Below, piece after piece: positions 52,193-62,213 of a stretch of DNA of 64,000 bases (position 1 is the stretch's first letter; each line of letters starts with the position of its first letter). The position numbers and the translations under genes were made by a program. The notes under the pieces are model-generated. The model was not told where the DNA came from. It did no database searches and saw only the letters and a list, made by a program, of their open reading frames with translations. This stretch comes from an uncultured bacterium (lineage in GTDB: Bacteria > Acidobacteriota > Thermoanaerobaculia > Multivoradales > JAHZIX01), in the NCBI GenBank assembly GCA_965368975.1, contig CBDUPA010000009.1, positions 64,001 to 128,000 of the forward strand, in the 5' to 3' direction.

Positions 52193-53440
52193 TCACTTCG
52201 CCAACGCCGTCACGCCCGGCAACTCTTTGCCGGCAAGGAATTCCAGCGACGCGCCGCCGCCGGTCGAGACGTGGTCCATGCGGTCGAGGACGCCAGCATG
52301 GGCGGCCGCGCCGACGGTGTCGCCACCACCAACCACCTTGAAGGCGGGGCTGTCGGCGACGCCGTGGGCCACCGCGACGGTACCCGCGTCGAAGGGCGGC
52401 TTCTCGAACACGCCCATCGGGCCGTTCCAGAAGATGGTACCGGCGCGGCCGAGGGCTTCAGCGAAGGCTTTGCAAGCTTCGGGACCAATATCCAGGGCCA
52501 TCGTTCCCGCTGGCACGGCATTGGCGGCCACGGTCTCGATGCGTTGCGGCTGGGCGAAGTCGTCGGCGATCACCAGGTCGCTGGGTAGCAAGACTTCGGT
52601 GTCGGCGGCGGCGGCACGCTCCAGGATCGACTTGGCGAGGTCGAGGCGATCGCGCTCGACCAGCGAACTGGCCAGGTCCAGGCCCTGAGCAGCCAGGAAC
52701 GTGTTGGCCATGCCGCCGCCGATCAGCAGCTGGTCGAGGCGCGGCAGAAGGTTGTCCAGGGTGTCGATCTTGCCTTCGATCTTGGCGCCGCCGAGGATGC
52801 CGGCGAAGGGGCGGGCAGGCTCATGGAGCAAGCGGCCAAGGGCTTCGATCTCGCGCACCAAGAGGCGGCCGGCGGCCTTGCGGGAGAGCCGCGCCGGCAC
52901 CCCGACGACCGAGGCGTGGGCGCGGTGGGCTGTGCCGAAAGCGTCGCACACGTAGGCGTCGGCGAGCGACGCCAGCTCGGCGCTGAAGGCATCGTCGTCG
53001 GCTTTCTCACCAGCATGGAAGCGTAGGTTCTCGAGCAGCACGACGCCGCCATCTTGTAGCTGGTCGACAGCCGCACGCGCCACCTCGCCGAGACAGTCTT
53101 CAGCAAAAGCGACGGGCGCGTCGAGCAGAGAGGCCAGCACCTTGACCATCGGCCGTAGGCTGTATCTCGGATTCGGCTCCCCCTTGGGCCGGCCACAGTG
53201 CGAAGCGAGAACCAGGCGAGCCCCGGCGGCGCGCAGCTCTTGCAGGGTGGGCAGGGCTTCGCGCAGGCGCGTGTCGTCGGTCACCTCGACCTCGCCGTCA
53301 GCTGCACCCGGAGTCTCGCCCAGCGGTGCATTGAAGTCCACGCGAACAAAGACCCGCTGGCCGCGCAGGCTGGGGAGGTCGAGATCGTCGAGGGTGAACA
53401 TACGGATCTGGGCCGACGCGCTGGACGGGTGTTGAGTCAT
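52193..53440 (-). CDS. pgk: Phosphoglycerate kinase
   Basis: RVDFNAP, SHCGRP, LLENLRF, FGTAHRAH, GGAK, WNGPMG, HVSTGGGASLE. Confidence 0.98.
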   Translation of the reverse strand: MTQHPSSASAQIRMFTLDDLDLPSLRGQRVFVRVDFNAPLGETPGAADGEVEVTDDTRLREALPTLQELRAAGARLVLASHCGRPKGEPNPRYSLRPMVKVLASLLDAPVAFAEDCLGEVARAAVDQLQDGGVVLLENLRFHAGEKADDDAFSAELASLADAYVCDAFGTAHRAHASVVGVPARLSRKAAGRLLVREIEALGRLLHEPARPFAGILGGAKIEGKIDTLDNLLPRLDQLLIGGGMANTFLAAQGLDLASSLVERDRLDLAKSILERAAAADTEVLLPSDLVIADDFAQPQRIETVAANAVPAGTMALDIGPEACKAFAEALGRAGTIFWNGPMGVFEKPPFDAGTVAVAHGVADSPAFKVVGGGDTVGAAAHAGVLDRMDHVSTGGGASLEFLAGKELPGVTALAK

Positions 53441-54537
53441 CGTTCGTCTCCGGGAGCGGCGAGGCGTAGCAACAGCTCGGCGAGGCGGTTGGCGTAGCCC
53501 CATTCGTTGTCGTACCAAGCGACGACGCGTAGCATGTGGCCGCCGTCGAGGCTCTGCAGCAGGGGTAGGTCGACCACCGCGGAGGCGGTCTCACCGAGGA
53601 AGTCCGTCGAGACGAGCTCTTCGTCTGTCACCCTCAGGATGCCGGCCAGCTCTTCAGCGGCGGCGCTTCGCAGCTGGTCCGCCGCTGCCTCGACGCTCGC
53701 CGGCCGCTCCAGTTCCAACACCAGGTCGAGCAGCGCCACGTCGGCCACTGGCACGCGTACGCCGAACCCGTCGAGACGGCCGGCCAGCTGCGGCAGCACC
53801 CAGCCCACCGCCTCGGCAGCCCGGCTGGCGACGGGGATCAGGTTGAGCGGGGCCGCCCGGCTCCGTCGAGGCTCACCTTGGCCCCCCTTGCCGTGTGCGC
53901 CGTCGAGCAGCATCTGGTTCGGCGTGTAGCCGTGCACGGTATTGACCATGCCGTGGCGGATGCCGAAAGCACGATGCAGCACCGCCACGATCGGCGCGAT
54001 GCAGTTGGTGGTGCAGGAACTGTTGCTGATCACGCGATGACGAGCGGGATCGAAGGACCCCTCGTTGATGCCCAGGCAGAGCACCGCGTCCACCGCCGGC
54101 AGGTCGGCTGCGTCCGGGTTCCACGCCAGCACGACTCGCTCGGCACCGTGCGCCTGTCGGGAGGGGGCCCGTCCGGAGCGAGCATCTCTCGAGCGGGCCG
54201 CGTCGTTCCGCAGGTGCCCACGGGCGGCAGCGACGGTCACGGCGCCTGTGGCTTCCACCACCAGCAGGTTGTCCTCCTCGGGCCACGGGATATCGACGGG
54301 CGAGGCGGCGGCAGACACCGGCACGCGCCGGCCATCGACCAGCAGGGCGTCAGGCTCGTGGCCGATTTCGCCAGGGAAGCGGCCGTGCACCGAGTCGCGG
54401 GCCAGCAGGCGTGCGAGCACCGGTGCCGGGACCAGGTCGTTGACCGCCACGCAGCGTAACCGCGGATGTTGCCGGGCGGCGCGCACCAGCGCCCGACCGA
54501 TACGGCCCAGGCCGTTGATTGCGTAGGGAATGGACAT
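53437..54537 (-). CDS. gap: Divergent type I glyceraldehyde-3-phosphate dehydrogenase (GAPDH/Epd-like)
   Basis: INGLGRIGR, DSVHG, SNSSCTTNC, RVP, WYDNEWGY; several canonical motifs altered. Confidence 0.85.
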   Translation of the reverse strand: MSIPYAINGLGRIGRALVRAARQHPRLRCVAVNDLVPAPVLARLLARDSVHGRFPGEIGHEPDALLVDGRRVPVSAAASPVDIPWPEEDNLLVVEATGAVTVAAARGHLRNDAARSRDARSGRAPSRQAHGAERVVLAWNPDAADLPAVDAVLCLGINEGSFDPARHRVISNSSCTTNCIAPIVAVLHRAFGIRHGMVNTVHGYTPNQMLLDGAHGKGGQGEPRRSRAAPLNLIPVASRAAEAVGWVLPQLAGRLDGFGVRVPVADVALLDLVLELERPASVEAAADQLRSAAAEELAGILRVTDEELVSTDFLGETASAVVDLPLLQSLDGGHMLRVVAWYDNEWGYANRLAELLLRLAAPGDER

Positions 54538-56972
54538 CAATCTGATTCGTCGGAGGTGCCACCGTCGGTGGACTCTGGATAGCCGCGACGGTCGGTGATC
54601 ACGATACGTAGCTCGCAAGCGTAGCGCTGGCCGTCGGCATCCGGCAGCCACGTCTGGTGTAGGTCAGGAAGCATTTCGGCCAGCCTCACGCGCGGGTGCG
54701 GCTGCGCATCCAGCGCGGCGCGGACGGCTCGTACGAGCAATTCTACGAACACCGGACAGCTGAAGTCGACGTAGATCGGCTTCAATTCCGTATCGACGCG
54801 CAAGAACACCCGCTCCGGCAGCTGCCGGCGCAGCCACCAAGCACGTGCTCCGGCAAAGCGGTCGGCCGGCGTGGCGGCCTGCACGAAGTCCATCTCCGCG
54901 CCGTCGAAACTCCAACGTCGACGGTTGACGACCAGGCGGTCGAGACTCACGCGCGGCCAGTAGTCGGCATCGCCGAGCAGGCGGCAGCTACTGACCACGC
55001 TGTGGGTCAGGACCTTGGCGACCGCCTCGGCGAGGTCGAAATCAACCTGCTCATCACTGTGCGAGCGCAGACGTAGACCACTATGGCCGTCCTCGGCACC
55101 CGCGGCTTGCACATCGACGACGATCAGATCGTCGGGCTCCACGCGTTGCTCGGGAGGAATCATCGAACGACGGTCGCGCGCGGCGACGATGAGGTCGTGA
55201 CTCGGGATGTGCAACGGGCCGAAGCGAGTGATCACGACGTCGGCATTGGAATCCTGGAGGTGGAAACGCGTCTCCCGGATCTCTGTGTCGAGAGCCTCGC
55301 GCAGGGCGTCGAGATCCGGGTGCAGGACGCTGGTGGCCCAGACGCTGAGCGAGTTGTGGGCAATGTGCATCTCGCCCAGCACGGCAAAGAAGTCGCCAGC
55401 CCGCAGCGCGTCCGGCCCTTCGGCCGCCAGCAGGACGTCCGGCGAGGTGTAGCGGGCCAAGCTCCAACCCGGCTCGGTGAGCGGAAAGGCCGCCTCGACC
55501 TTCGGCCGCAACTCGTCGACGCTGCGCTGCACTTCTTGCACCTGCTCCGCGCCGGGTTCGACCTCCAGCAGCGCCTGCCAGCGACGCTGAAACTCATCCA
55601 GGGCTTCTTGGGTGAAGGCACTCCGATTGTCCCCGACGAGGTGCCGCGACAGCAGTGGCCAGAAGTGCTGCACCGGGACTTCCGGACCGTGGGTGTGCGT
55701 CAGCTCCCGGTACAGAGGCTGGGCGACTTGCCGCAAAGCCGCGGCAACTTCCGCGCTCAGCCAGCGCACGGAATGCAGGAGGAGCGACATCGGCTCGGCA
55801 ATCGCGCGCCGCACCTCGGGACCGAATTCGAAGGTGCCCGCCCGCCGGCAGTCTTCGTAGGCCAGCGTGCGTGCGGCGTAGTCCTGGCCGGCGTGGCGCG
55901 TGGCAGCTGCTCCCGTGAGGCGCTGAAAGGTCGCGTTCAGTGAGCCGATGGCGGCTTCCAGCTGTTGCGGTTCACCGGCCGCCTGCACGACCCGCTGGCG
56001 CGCCGCCTCGACCTCGTCGATCGGAGCCAGTGCCGCGCGCCGCAGGTCGGCGTCGCCGATGCTCTCGACCTGGGAACGCAGCGCTTGCAGCGCATGCGGC
56101 CCGGACGGCAAGTAGAAGTCCCAAGCCAGGCAGCCTTCGCGCTGGAAGTGCTCCAGCTGAGCCATCACCTCGGCCGGCTCCCGATACGCACACTGCGAAT
56201 CCTCGGCCAGCTCGCGGCACAGCTGGTGTGCTGACCGGCTGCCGTCCGCGGCTTCGAGCACGGCGAGTTGATCGTCATCGACGACCAGCGCGGGACCCGT
56301 GAGACGGTTGAGACGGCCATCTTCATCCAGCCAGTGGAAGGGCAGGAGCTGCGGTGGCAACCAGGTACGAATGTCCTCCAGCTGCAACAGGATCTTGGCC
56401 AGCTCGACGACGCCCCAGCCTTCGAGGAAGACGTCGCGCGCCTCCACTAGCTCGCGCTGCGGCTCGAGGCGCACCACGGGGTCTTCACCGTCGCTCCATC
56501 GTGCCCAACCCATCGGGCCGAAGAAGCCGATCGTGTCGTTCTTGACCGTGTAGCGCTGCAGGTACTTGGCCACCAGCTGCTCGCGTCGACGGCGCTTCTT
56601 GGGGGCGCCCTGGTAGCGAGTTTCCGGCAGCTTGAGAACACCGTTGCGGTAGGCATCGTAGTTTTGCCACAGCACGGCTTCCCGGAAACGCGGATCGCGC
56701 GTCAGCTCGTTGAGAGCCTCGGCTTGCTGGTTGTAGGCCGCTTCGAACTGCTGCTCGTAGTCGCTCCGCGCCGCCGCGATCTCAGCCTCGTCACTCTCTC
56801 CCTCGTTGCCACCAGCCTCTGCCTTGGCAAGCCTTTCCGCAGCGGCGGCGCAGGCGGGAAAGACGATGCCCTGCAACAGTTCGACGGGGAAGCCGGTGGC
56901 GCGCAAGCCGATCCAGCGCCAGGCGGTCCAGGTGTCGTACCAGGAGACGTGGTGCGGAGGCATGTCGACCAT
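54537..56972 (-). CDS. Stand-alone LanB glutamylation-domain protein (PEARL-like), copy 4
   Basis: LRATGFP, FREAVLWQN, YLQRYTVKNDTIGFFGP, YEDC, SPD, GEMH, KPIYVDF, EMLP..WL.D..G.RYACELR; 811 aa, no elimination domain. Confidence 0.88.
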   Translation of the reverse strand: MVDMPPHHVSWYDTWTAWRWIGLRATGFPVELLQGIVFPACAAAAERLAKAEAGGNEGESDEAEIAAARSDYEQQFEAAYNQQAEALNELTRDPRFREAVLWQNYDAYRNGVLKLPETRYQGAPKKRRRREQLVAKYLQRYTVKNDTIGFFGPMGWARWSDGEDPVVRLEPQRELVEARDVFLEGWGVVELAKILLQLEDIRTWLPPQLLPFHWLDEDGRLNRLTGPALVVDDDQLAVLEAADGSRSAHQLCRELAEDSQCAYREPAEVMAQLEHFQREGCLAWDFYLPSGPHALQALRSQVESIGDADLRRAALAPIDEVEAARQRVVQAAGEPQQLEAAIGSLNATFQRLTGAAATRHAGQDYAARTLAYEDCRRAGTFEFGPEVRRAIAEPMSLLLHSVRWLSAEVAAALRQVAQPLYRELTHTHGPEVPVQHFWPLLSRHLVGDNRSAFTQEALDEFQRRWQALLEVEPGAEQVQEVQRSVDELRPKVEAAFPLTEPGWSLARYTSPDVLLAAEGPDALRAGDFFAVLGEMHIAHNSLSVWATSVLHPDLDALREALDTEIRETRFHLQDSNADVVITRFGPLHIPSHDLIVAARDRRSMIPPEQRVEPDDLIVVDVQAAGAEDGHSGLRLRSHSDEQVDFDLAEAVAKVLTHSVVSSCRLLGDADYWPRVSLDRLVVNRRRWSFDGAEMDFVQAATPADRFAGARAWWLRRQLPERVFLRVDTELKPIYVDFSCPVFVELLVRAVRAALDAQPHPRVRLAEMLPDLHQTWLPDADGQRYACELRIVITDRRGYPESTDGGTSDESD

Positions 56973-56978
56973 GGTCGT

Positions 56979-59564
56979 CTAGCCCTCGTTCTGGCCGGGA
57001 CTCAATCCGAGATGATCCACCAGCACCAGGCGCACCTCGCTGGTGTAGCGGTTGCCCTCGGCATCGGGCAGCCACAGCTGGTGCAGGTCGGGCATCATTT
57101 CGGACATGCGCACCCGCGGATCGCCGCCACTTTCGAGTGCCGCGCGGACCGACTTGGTAAACAACTCGACGTACACCGGGCTGTCGAAGTCGACGTAGGT
57201 CGGCTTCTTTTCGGTGGCGACGCGCAGGAAGACGCGCTGCGACACGCCTGCGCGACGCCACCAGCTGCGGGCGCCGGCAAAGCGCTCGGCGGGTGTCTCG
57301 GCGTGCACGAAGTCCATCTCGCGACCGTCGAAGACCCAGCTCTCGCGGTGGACCACCATGTTGTCGATCCACACCCGAGGCCAGTGATCGGCGGTCGGCA
57401 GCAGCCGACAGCGCGTGACCACGCCGTGAGTGAGAAAGGCCGACATGGCGGAGAGAAAATCGAGGTCGAAGCTCGGCTCGCCGAGAGAGCGCACGCGCAT
57501 ATTGCCGTAGAGGTCGCGCACCATGACGACGTCCTCGGGCTCTACGACCTGCTCGGGCCGGGATGCCGAGGCGCGCAACATGTTCCGCAGCACGTAGTCG
57601 TGCGTCGCCGTGTGCACCAAGCCGAAGCGGCTGAGCATATTGGTGACGTGCGGTTCGTCGAACCAGAGGCGCGGCTCCGGGAGGTCGTTCTCGAGCACTT
57701 CCACCAGGGCGTCGAGATCCGGGTGCTGCGCGCCGCTCGCCCACACCCCGGCCGAGGCGTAGGCGATGTGCAGCTCGCCGAGGACGGTGAAGAAGTCTCC
57801 GCGTTGCAGGGCTTCCGGGCTCTCGGCCGCCAGCATGACGTCGGGCGAGCTGTAGCGCGCCTGGGGCCAACCCAGGTTCTCGGTAGCGAAGACCTCGCGC
57901 ACCTTGGGCCACAGCTCTTCGCTGGTCCAGCGCACCTCGTCGAGGCTCTGACCGGGCTTCCCCGGCTGTAGCCCCAGTATGTCGCGCCAACGATCGGTGA
58001 AGTCGTCGAGGGCTTCGTTGGTATGGCCATTGAGACCGGCGTCGATCAGGTGCACCGCCAGCTGCGGCCAGAAGACCAGCAGCGGCACCTCGGGACCGTG
58101 GTGTATGCGCAAACGATTGTAGACGTGGTCGAGCTCCTGGCGCAGGTGGTCGGCGACCTGACTGGTGAGCCAGCGCACGCTGTGCAGAATCGGCGCCAAG
58201 GGCACGGCGAGCGTGTCGCGGATCTCGGGTCCAAGCTCGTAGGTACCGGCGCGCAGGCAGTCTTCGTAGACCAGCGTTCGCCCGGCGTAGAGCTCGCCAG
58301 CGGCACGGGTGGCGCCCATGCCGGTGAGCTTGCCGAAGGTCTCGCCCATCGCCGCCAGTGCGCTATCCAACCGCTCCGGGTCGCCTGCGGCCGCTTCCAC
58401 GCCGCGCCGGGATCCGTCCAGCTCTTCGAGCTTCTCCAAGCAGCGCTCGGCGAGCGGACGGTCTTCGAACTCTTCGACCTGGCGGCGCACGGCGTCCAGG
58501 GTGTGGGGGCCCGGCGGTAGGCGGAACTCCCAGGCAATGGCGCCTTCAATGCGGAAGTGGTGCAACTGTCCCATCACCTCTTCCGGACTGGAGTAGCCGC
58601 ACTCGGGGTCGGCTGCCAGATCCCTGGCCAGCTGCACCGCCGAGCGCTCACCGGTCGCGTGCTCGAGCAGGAAAATCTGGTCCCGGTCCACCGCCAAGGC
58701 GAGTCCCAGCGCGCGATGCAAGCTACAGCCGTCTTCGCCCAACCACTGCAACGGCAGGGTCTGCGGCTTGAGATGGTCCATCACGCCGGGCCAGCTCATC
58801 AGCACGTGCGCCAGCGCCATGACGGCCCAGCCCTCGAAGTAGACGCTGCGCCGCTCGAGCAACCCCGCCCCGGGTTCCAGGTGCGCGACGGTGTCCGCAT
58901 CTTCGTTCCAGTCGGCCCAGCCGACCGGGCCGAAGAAGCCGATGGTGTCGTTCTTGACCGTGTAGCGCTGGACGTACTTGGCCACCAGCTCCTCGCGGTG
59001 TCGTCGGGCGCTAGAGGAATGGGTGGGGTCGGAACCGGGCAGTTTACGCACGGCGGTGTGGTACCCGTGCCGGTTCTGCCACAAGACAGCTTCTTGGAAG
59101 CGCAGGTCGGCGGCGATGTCGTTGAGGGTCTGACTCTGCTCGATCGAGGTTTGCTGGTAGACGTCTTCGTAGGCAGCAGTAGCGGCGGCGACTTCTTCCC
59201 GTGCACTGGTCACCGCATCGAGCAGCGCCGGCTCCAACACCTCGGCTGCCTTGGCGTGGACCTTGCCCTTGTTGAGCCGATTCAGGGTCTTGAACAGGGC
59301 GTTGCGGCGCGAGCGGTTGGCGTCGTTGAATTGCAGTTCGTCGAGCGCGCGGCGGGCGGCATCGGCGGCGCTATCGAGCGCCTGCCGCAGAGTGTCCTCA
59401 GCTTCGGCGATACGGTCGGCGGCGGCGGCACAGTCGGGGAAGCAGAGCCGTTGCAACATTTCGACCGGAAAGCCGGTGCCACGCAAGACGGCCCAGCGCC
59501 AGGTCGTCCAATCACCGTAGAAGGGAACGTGGTGGCGGGGAACGATGTGAGACTCGGGAATCAT
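56979..59564 (-). CDS. Stand-alone LanB glutamylation-domain protein (PEARL-like), copy 3
   Basis: LRGTGFP, QRYTVKNDTIGFFGP, YEDC, SPD, GELH, KPTYVDF, EMMP...RYTSEVR; 861 aa. Confidence 0.88.
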   Translation of the reverse strand: MIPESHIVPRHHVPFYGDWTTWRWAVLRGTGFPVEMLQRLCFPDCAAAADRIAEAEDTLRQALDSAADAARRALDELQFNDANRSRRNALFKTLNRLNKGKVHAKAAEVLEPALLDAVTSAREEVAAATAAYEDVYQQTSIEQSQTLNDIAADLRFQEAVLWQNRHGYHTAVRKLPGSDPTHSSSARRHREELVAKYVQRYTVKNDTIGFFGPVGWADWNEDADTVAHLEPGAGLLERRSVYFEGWAVMALAHVLMSWPGVMDHLKPQTLPLQWLGEDGCSLHRALGLALAVDRDQIFLLEHATGERSAVQLARDLAADPECGYSSPEEVMGQLHHFRIEGAIAWEFRLPPGPHTLDAVRRQVEEFEDRPLAERCLEKLEELDGSRRGVEAAAGDPERLDSALAAMGETFGKLTGMGATRAAGELYAGRTLVYEDCLRAGTYELGPEIRDTLAVPLAPILHSVRWLTSQVADHLRQELDHVYNRLRIHHGPEVPLLVFWPQLAVHLIDAGLNGHTNEALDDFTDRWRDILGLQPGKPGQSLDEVRWTSEELWPKVREVFATENLGWPQARYSSPDVMLAAESPEALQRGDFFTVLGELHIAYASAGVWASGAQHPDLDALVEVLENDLPEPRLWFDEPHVTNMLSRFGLVHTATHDYVLRNMLRASASRPEQVVEPEDVVMVRDLYGNMRVRSLGEPSFDLDFLSAMSAFLTHGVVTRCRLLPTADHWPRVWIDNMVVHRESWVFDGREMDFVHAETPAERFAGARSWWRRAGVSQRVFLRVATEKKPTYVDFDSPVYVELFTKSVRAALESGGDPRVRMSEMMPDLHQLWLPDAEGNRYTSEVRLVLVDHLGLSPGQNEG

Positions 59565-62155
59565 GTTTCCTCTTCCTCCGCAGGGCCCGCGTGGTCCTGG
59601 CTGCCGATGTTGTCCAAGATAATGGTGCGCAGCTCACTGGTGTAGCGGTTGCCCTCGGCATCGGGCAGCCATGCTTGGTGCAGGTCGGGCAGCATTTCAG
59701 CCATGCGCACGCTCGGGTCGAGGCCGCTTTCGAGCACGGCGCGCACCGACTTGGCGAACAGTTCGACGTACACCGGGCTACCGAAGTCGACGTACGTCGG
59801 CTTCTGCTCGGTGGCCACGCGCAGGAAGACGCGCTCGGGCAGACCGTGGCGCCTCCACCAGGCGCGCGTGCCGGCGAAGCGGTCGGCCGGCGTCGAAGCG
59901 TGGACGAAGTCCATTTCGCGACCATCGAAGACCCAGCTCTGGCGGTTGACGACCATGCTGTCGATCCACACGCGCGGCCAGTGGTCGGACGCCGGCAGCA
60001 GCTTGCAGCGGGTGACCACGCCGTAGGTCAGGTGGAGGGCCATAGCGGCCAGGAAGTCGAGGTCGATCTTCGGTTCGCTCTTCGAGCGCAAGCGCATGAC
60101 GCCCTGCTCGTCGCGCACCATCACCACATCTTCGGGCTCCAGGCGCTGCTCGGGCGGCGTGGTCGACGCGCGTTGCAGGTTGCGCAGCACGTAATCCCGC
60201 TTGGGTAGAACGATCTGGCCGAAGCGGTTCAGCACAGTGCTGACGTGCGGCTCGTCGAACAGCACCCGCGACTCGCGCAGGTCGCTCTCCAGGACTTCCA
60301 CCAGGGCGTCGAGATCTGGGTGCTGGGCACCGAACAGCCATGCCGCCAAGGAGGGGAAGGTTATGTGCACCTCGCCGAGCACAGAGAAGAAGTCCCCCGC
60401 CCGCAGTGCCTCGACGCTGTCGGCGGCGATCATGACGTCCGGCGAGTTGTAGCGCGCCTGCTCCCAACCGGGGCGCTCGGACGATCCGTCTTTGGCGGAG
60501 AAGGCCGCGCGCACCTTGGGCCACAGCTCCTCGCTGGTCCAGCGCACTTCCTGGTCGACCTGCCCACGCTCCAGGCCGAGAATCTCGCGCCACTTCTCGG
60601 CGAAGCCATCCAGCGCCTCGTTGGTGAAGCTGTTGATGTTGGCGTCCATGATACTCACCGACATCGGCGGCCAGAACACGAGCAAGGGGATCTCGGGACC
60701 GTGGATCGGCGCCAGCTCGCGGTAGAGGATGTCGAGCACCTGACGCATGGCGGCGGCCACCTGGCTGGTGAGCCAGCGCACGCTGTAGAGAATCGGCGCC
60801 AACGGCTCGGCAATGCAGCGGCGGATCTCGGGACCAAGCTCGACCACGCCGTCGCGCTTGCAGTCCTCGTAAATCAGGGTGCGCGCCGCATAGAGCTGCC
60901 CCCCGCTGCGCGTCGGGTCGACCCCGGTGAGGCTGGCGAAGGTGCGATTCATGTCGTCGATCGCCTTCTCCAGCGCTTCGGTGTTGCCAGCCGCCTCGGC
61001 CACGGCCTTGCGCGCGCCATCGAGCGCGTTGATCTTGTCGTAGCAGGCATTGCGTACCTGCGAGTCGCCGAACTCGTCGACCTGCGCCCGCACGACCTGC
61101 AGCGTGTGGGGACCGGGCGGCAGGAAGAACTCCCAGGCGATCGCCCCCTCCTGCCGGAAGACGAGCAGCTGCTGCATGACCTGTTGCGGCTGGTCGTACC
61201 CACACTCGGGATCCGCCGCCAGATCCTGGCACAGCTGCTGGGCGGTGCGAGCGCCGTCCGCGGCTTCGAGCAGGCGGATCTGGTCGGCGTCGACCGCCAG
61301 CGTCAAGCCGAGAGCTCGGTACAGGCCCTCGCCATCTTCCCCCAACCACTGCAGCGGCAAGGTCTGCGGCTTGAGCCAGGGCAATACGCCGGGAATCGAC
61401 ATCAGCACCTGCGACAGCGCCAGGATCGGCCAGCCTTCAAAGTAGACGTTGCGATCGGCGAGCAGATCCGGACCGGGTTCGACGCGCACCGATGGTTGCT
61501 CCGTCTCGCTCCAGATCGCCCAGCCGACGGGCCCAAAGAAGCCGATGGTGTCATTCTTGACCGTGTAGCGCTGGATGTACTTGGCGACCAGCTCTTCTTT
61601 CTGCCGGCGGCTGCTCGACGTGTCCGACGGATCGGATCCGGGCAGCTTGAGCAGTGCTGTCTTGTAGGCGTTGTGGTTCTGCCACAGCACGGCTTCCTGG
61701 AAGCGCGGGTCAGCGGCGATCTCGTTGATCGCCTGCCCCTGCTCGGTGGACGCTTGCGCGTACGCCTGCGCGAAGGCGGCGGTGGCGTCCCGCTGCTCGG
61801 CCTGTGCCGTCCGCACGGCATCGAGCAGAGCAGGGTCCAGAACCTCTGGCGCCTTGGCGTGGACCTTGCCCTTTTTGAGCTTCTCGAGCGACTTCAGCAG
61901 CAGCTTGCGGCGCGGCTGAGTCGCCTCGCTGCGCTCCAGCTCGTCGAGGCCCCGGCGCGCGGCGTCGCAGCCGGCGTCCAGCGCTTCTTGCAGCGCCGTC
62001 TCGGCCCGAGTCAGGCGGTCGGCCGCCGCGGCGCAGGCAGGCATGGACAGCCGCCGCACCAGCCGCACGGGGAAGCCCGTGCCACGCAGGCCGATCCATT
62101 TCCAGGTCGTCCACTCGTCACAGAAGGGTACGTGGTACTTCGGAATACTCTTCAT
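59561..62155 (-). CDS. Stand-alone LanB glutamylation-domain protein (PEARL-like), copy 2
   Basis: GAGGAG RBS before the ATG at 62155 (MKSIPKY); same motif set with GEVH and RYTSELR; 864 aa. Confidence 0.88.
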   Translation of the reverse strand: MKSIPKYHVPFCDEWTTWKWIGLRGTGFPVRLVRRLSMPACAAAADRLTRAETALQEALDAGCDAARRGLDELERSEATQPRRKLLLKSLEKLKKGKVHAKAPEVLDPALLDAVRTAQAEQRDATAAFAQAYAQASTEQGQAINEIAADPRFQEAVLWQNHNAYKTALLKLPGSDPSDTSSSRRQKEELVAKYIQRYTVKNDTIGFFGPVGWAIWSETEQPSVRVEPGPDLLADRNVYFEGWPILALSQVLMSIPGVLPWLKPQTLPLQWLGEDGEGLYRALGLTLAVDADQIRLLEAADGARTAQQLCQDLAADPECGYDQPQQVMQQLLVFRQEGAIAWEFFLPPGPHTLQVVRAQVDEFGDSQVRNACYDKINALDGARKAVAEAAGNTEALEKAIDDMNRTFASLTGVDPTRSGGQLYAARTLIYEDCKRDGVVELGPEIRRCIAEPLAPILYSVRWLTSQVAAAMRQVLDILYRELAPIHGPEIPLLVFWPPMSVSIMDANINSFTNEALDGFAEKWREILGLERGQVDQEVRWTSEELWPKVRAAFSAKDGSSERPGWEQARYNSPDVMIAADSVEALRAGDFFSVLGEVHITFPSLAAWLFGAQHPDLDALVEVLESDLRESRVLFDEPHVSTVLNRFGQIVLPKRDYVLRNLQRASTTPPEQRLEPEDVVMVRDEQGVMRLRSKSEPKIDLDFLAAMALHLTYGVVTRCKLLPASDHWPRVWIDSMVVNRQSWVFDGREMDFVHASTPADRFAGTRAWWRRHGLPERVFLRVATEQKPTYVDFGSPVYVELFAKSVRAVLESGLDPSVRMAEMLPDLHQAWLPDAEGNRYTSELRTIILDNIGSQDHAGPAEEEET

Positions 62156-62213
62156 GCCCTGCTCCTCATAGCCGGAACGGAAGCGGTTCCGGAATCCTCG
62201 TTGCGGACGCGGG

